DNA of 64,000 nucleotides, from contig CM059432.1 in NCBI GenBank assembly GCA_030390025.1, forward strand, positions 85,810,001-85,874,000, written 5' to 3'. Under the pieces are notes generated by a model, which did no database searches, was not told the origin of the DNA, and was given only the letters and a program-made list of their open reading frames with translations. Below, in pieces: positions 61,994-64,000 of the stretch (positions are counted from its first letter, which is position 1; each line of letters begins with the position of its first letter). Position numbers and translations under genes: made by a program. This DNA is from Squalus acanthias (taxonomy: Eukaryota).

Positions 61994-63184
61994 TTAATTT
62001 TAGCTGTGGTTTTGATTGCAGTTTAATGCTTGCGCTGCTTAATCAGCATGACTATTTAAATTAATTTTATAATTTTGTTCTTTCTGCATTCTAGTTGATT
62101 TTGAGATAATTAAGCAAAGTCACATACCACAAGAGAGATGTGGGGACAGGAGGTGAAGATTCAGTTGGCAGGGTATAAAATATACATTGCTGATTAGCAA
62201 TAAAACACCCCATATCAATTAACTGTTGCACAGAATATATAAAAATCGTCCTTGTTCAGCAGAGGGAAAAGTGGTGGATAATGTAATGCTTCCTCTTTCA
62301 TTATTTGGCATTGAGCAATCATAATTCAAGTAAGGCATGACTATGTAGAATAAAGCTTCCTCAATTCTGCCCCAATATTACACCTAACTGGAATTTCAGA
62401 AGAAATGCATGTTGCTCGTACATTTCTCACAGTAGTCAGTCTCTCTTCCATTAGAATTAATGCAGCAAGTGGTGCTTTCCTGGGTTTGATAGAGAGCAGC
62501 GGGAGTTTCATTCTTTATTTGGATGTGCTATTCCTAATGCTAACATTGAGTGCCTAAACTAGAAAAATGTCATGGTATGATATTCCTGGCCAAATAAGAT
62601 CCAAAATGCCCCTAGATAAGCATTCCTTTTTATAACCTTTGGCTATTGCCTTATAACTCTATAGCAGATGAGTTAACAGCCAATCCAGTGCCACAAAGTA
62701 TATAATATGATGAGCCATTGAAATTTGCACATCTAGTTCACAAGATCACTGGAACACTTCTGTTCTGTTACTGACTCATAACCCTGCATTTCATTTATTT
62801 TTAAAGTTGGAGGTCTAATCTACATAACATTACCTACTCCTTGTATTCTATTACCATATAAAATTTACTATTTCCTTTGTTCCAGTCCAAATCTGAAACT
62901 ACTCTTGTATGTGTTGCCCTATGAACTTCACCATTCATAAATTTAACTCAACAGCTGACTGACAATACTGGGGTAGGAGGTGTGGGAGAAGGCCAAGTAT
63001 CCCTGGTAACTGACTCACATTAGGTTTATTTATTAATAATTAGAAACACTACCCAATATACCTTTACACTATGCAGTTGCATCTTAAGCTATTCAGTTGT
63101 CAGTCTAACTAGGGAGGACCAATAAATGCTGCTTTGCCATTGCCCACACTCTGAGAACAAATATATTTAAACAGTTACTCTGAG

Positions 63185-63960
63185 GTTACACCTTAATTTA
63201 CCTACTAAATTCTCAAGCTCTTTTTGCAGAACCTGAATTCGAAGGGGAAAAATTGGGTGGCGCCCCTTTTGGGTCGCTAACGTCCCCAAAAATGTTTGCG
63301 CCCCTCCACCCTAAATTCAGTAGTAGCGCCCCAAGCAGGAGGTGGAGCGCTACTGGAAAGCTCAAGGAATGCCGGGCTGAGCGATCGTTGCTGGCACCCC
63401 GCATAAAAAAGGGAAAGGGGACAGGTGCTGGCAGTCGGCCAAAATAAAAATGGCCTGCAGTTTAAGTTGCGCCGCCGCCGCTACAAAAACGCCCCCGATC
63501 CTGTCGGACATATTGTCTGGCGATAGATCAGGGAGTGCAAGGGAAGTTTGCGGCTGGGGCGCTGCGCACGGTGATGACAACATTGCCAGCGGCGCAGCGC
63601 TGTGGGGTGCTACCGCTGCCGCCGCTGACCTCCCGCTGAATTTCACAGGAGGTGTTTGCGGCACCGCGACTGGGTGCTAGGGGATTTGCGCCCCCGGGGG
63701 CACGAACAAGAGGCACAAACCAACCCAATTTTTCCCCCCCTACTCTTTTTCCTGTCATTAGCTCCAACAGGAACTAAGAGTTTTGGGTGATTTTCCTCTC
63801 TTTTGAAGAGCTCTTGCACCTGCTCCATTATTTCTCTTACCCTGGCACCTGGGAAGTTACACACCACTTGGGACTCACATCTACGGTTACCACTGTGAAC
63901 GGTCTACTCCTCTCACTATCTAATATCCCACTACCATTACGTTCCTGCGCTTAGCTCTTC
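63185..63960 (-). mobile_element. Old CR1 ORF1 esterase fragment split by the MITE
   Basis: VCNFPGARVREI...LLVPVGAND (63867-63750) continues as IQVLQKELENLVGKL left of the MITE. Similar to 42848-43030. Confidence 0.65.
63244..63737. mobile_element. GC-rich MITE (Harbinger/Tourist-like)
   Basis: Perfect 15-bp TIR GGGGAAAAATTGGGT / ACCCAATTTTTCCCC. Confidence 0.85.
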
Positions 63961-64000
63961 GCCCCCCCCACCCCCTCCTTGCACCGTGGTACTGTTCATT

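Overview
Eukaryotic, repeat-dense vertebrate DNA. The repeat families (DeuSINE, LF-SINE-like, CR1, L2, RTE, Penelope, Harbinger, hAT) suggest a cartilaginous fish; this is inference. I could not recognise an intact host protein-coding gene. A CpG-rich promoter with splice-site-bounded exons at about 18.9-19.3 kb suggests that most of the window is intron of a + strand gene, and there are also candidate antisense exons. Nearly all ORFs in the track are transposon fragments or their antisense shadows. Many elements are nested. The most notable signal is a CR1-group LINE family ('family A') whose 5' end is a tRNA-derived Pol III head in three copies. It has no room for an ORF1, and its sense strand is almost free of TTTT Pol III terminators, so it is a candidate Pol III-transcribed protein-coding LINE. 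Other highlights are minimal hammerhead ribozyme motifs with covarying stems in two unrelated Penelope elements, three Harbinger transposons (two with a convergent, spliced Myb/SANT gene), a hairpin-associated breakpoint hotspot, a microinversion, and a 60-bp duplication at a LINE 5' junction. Repeat boundaries were placed by eye and are approximate unless a TSD or TIR is cited.
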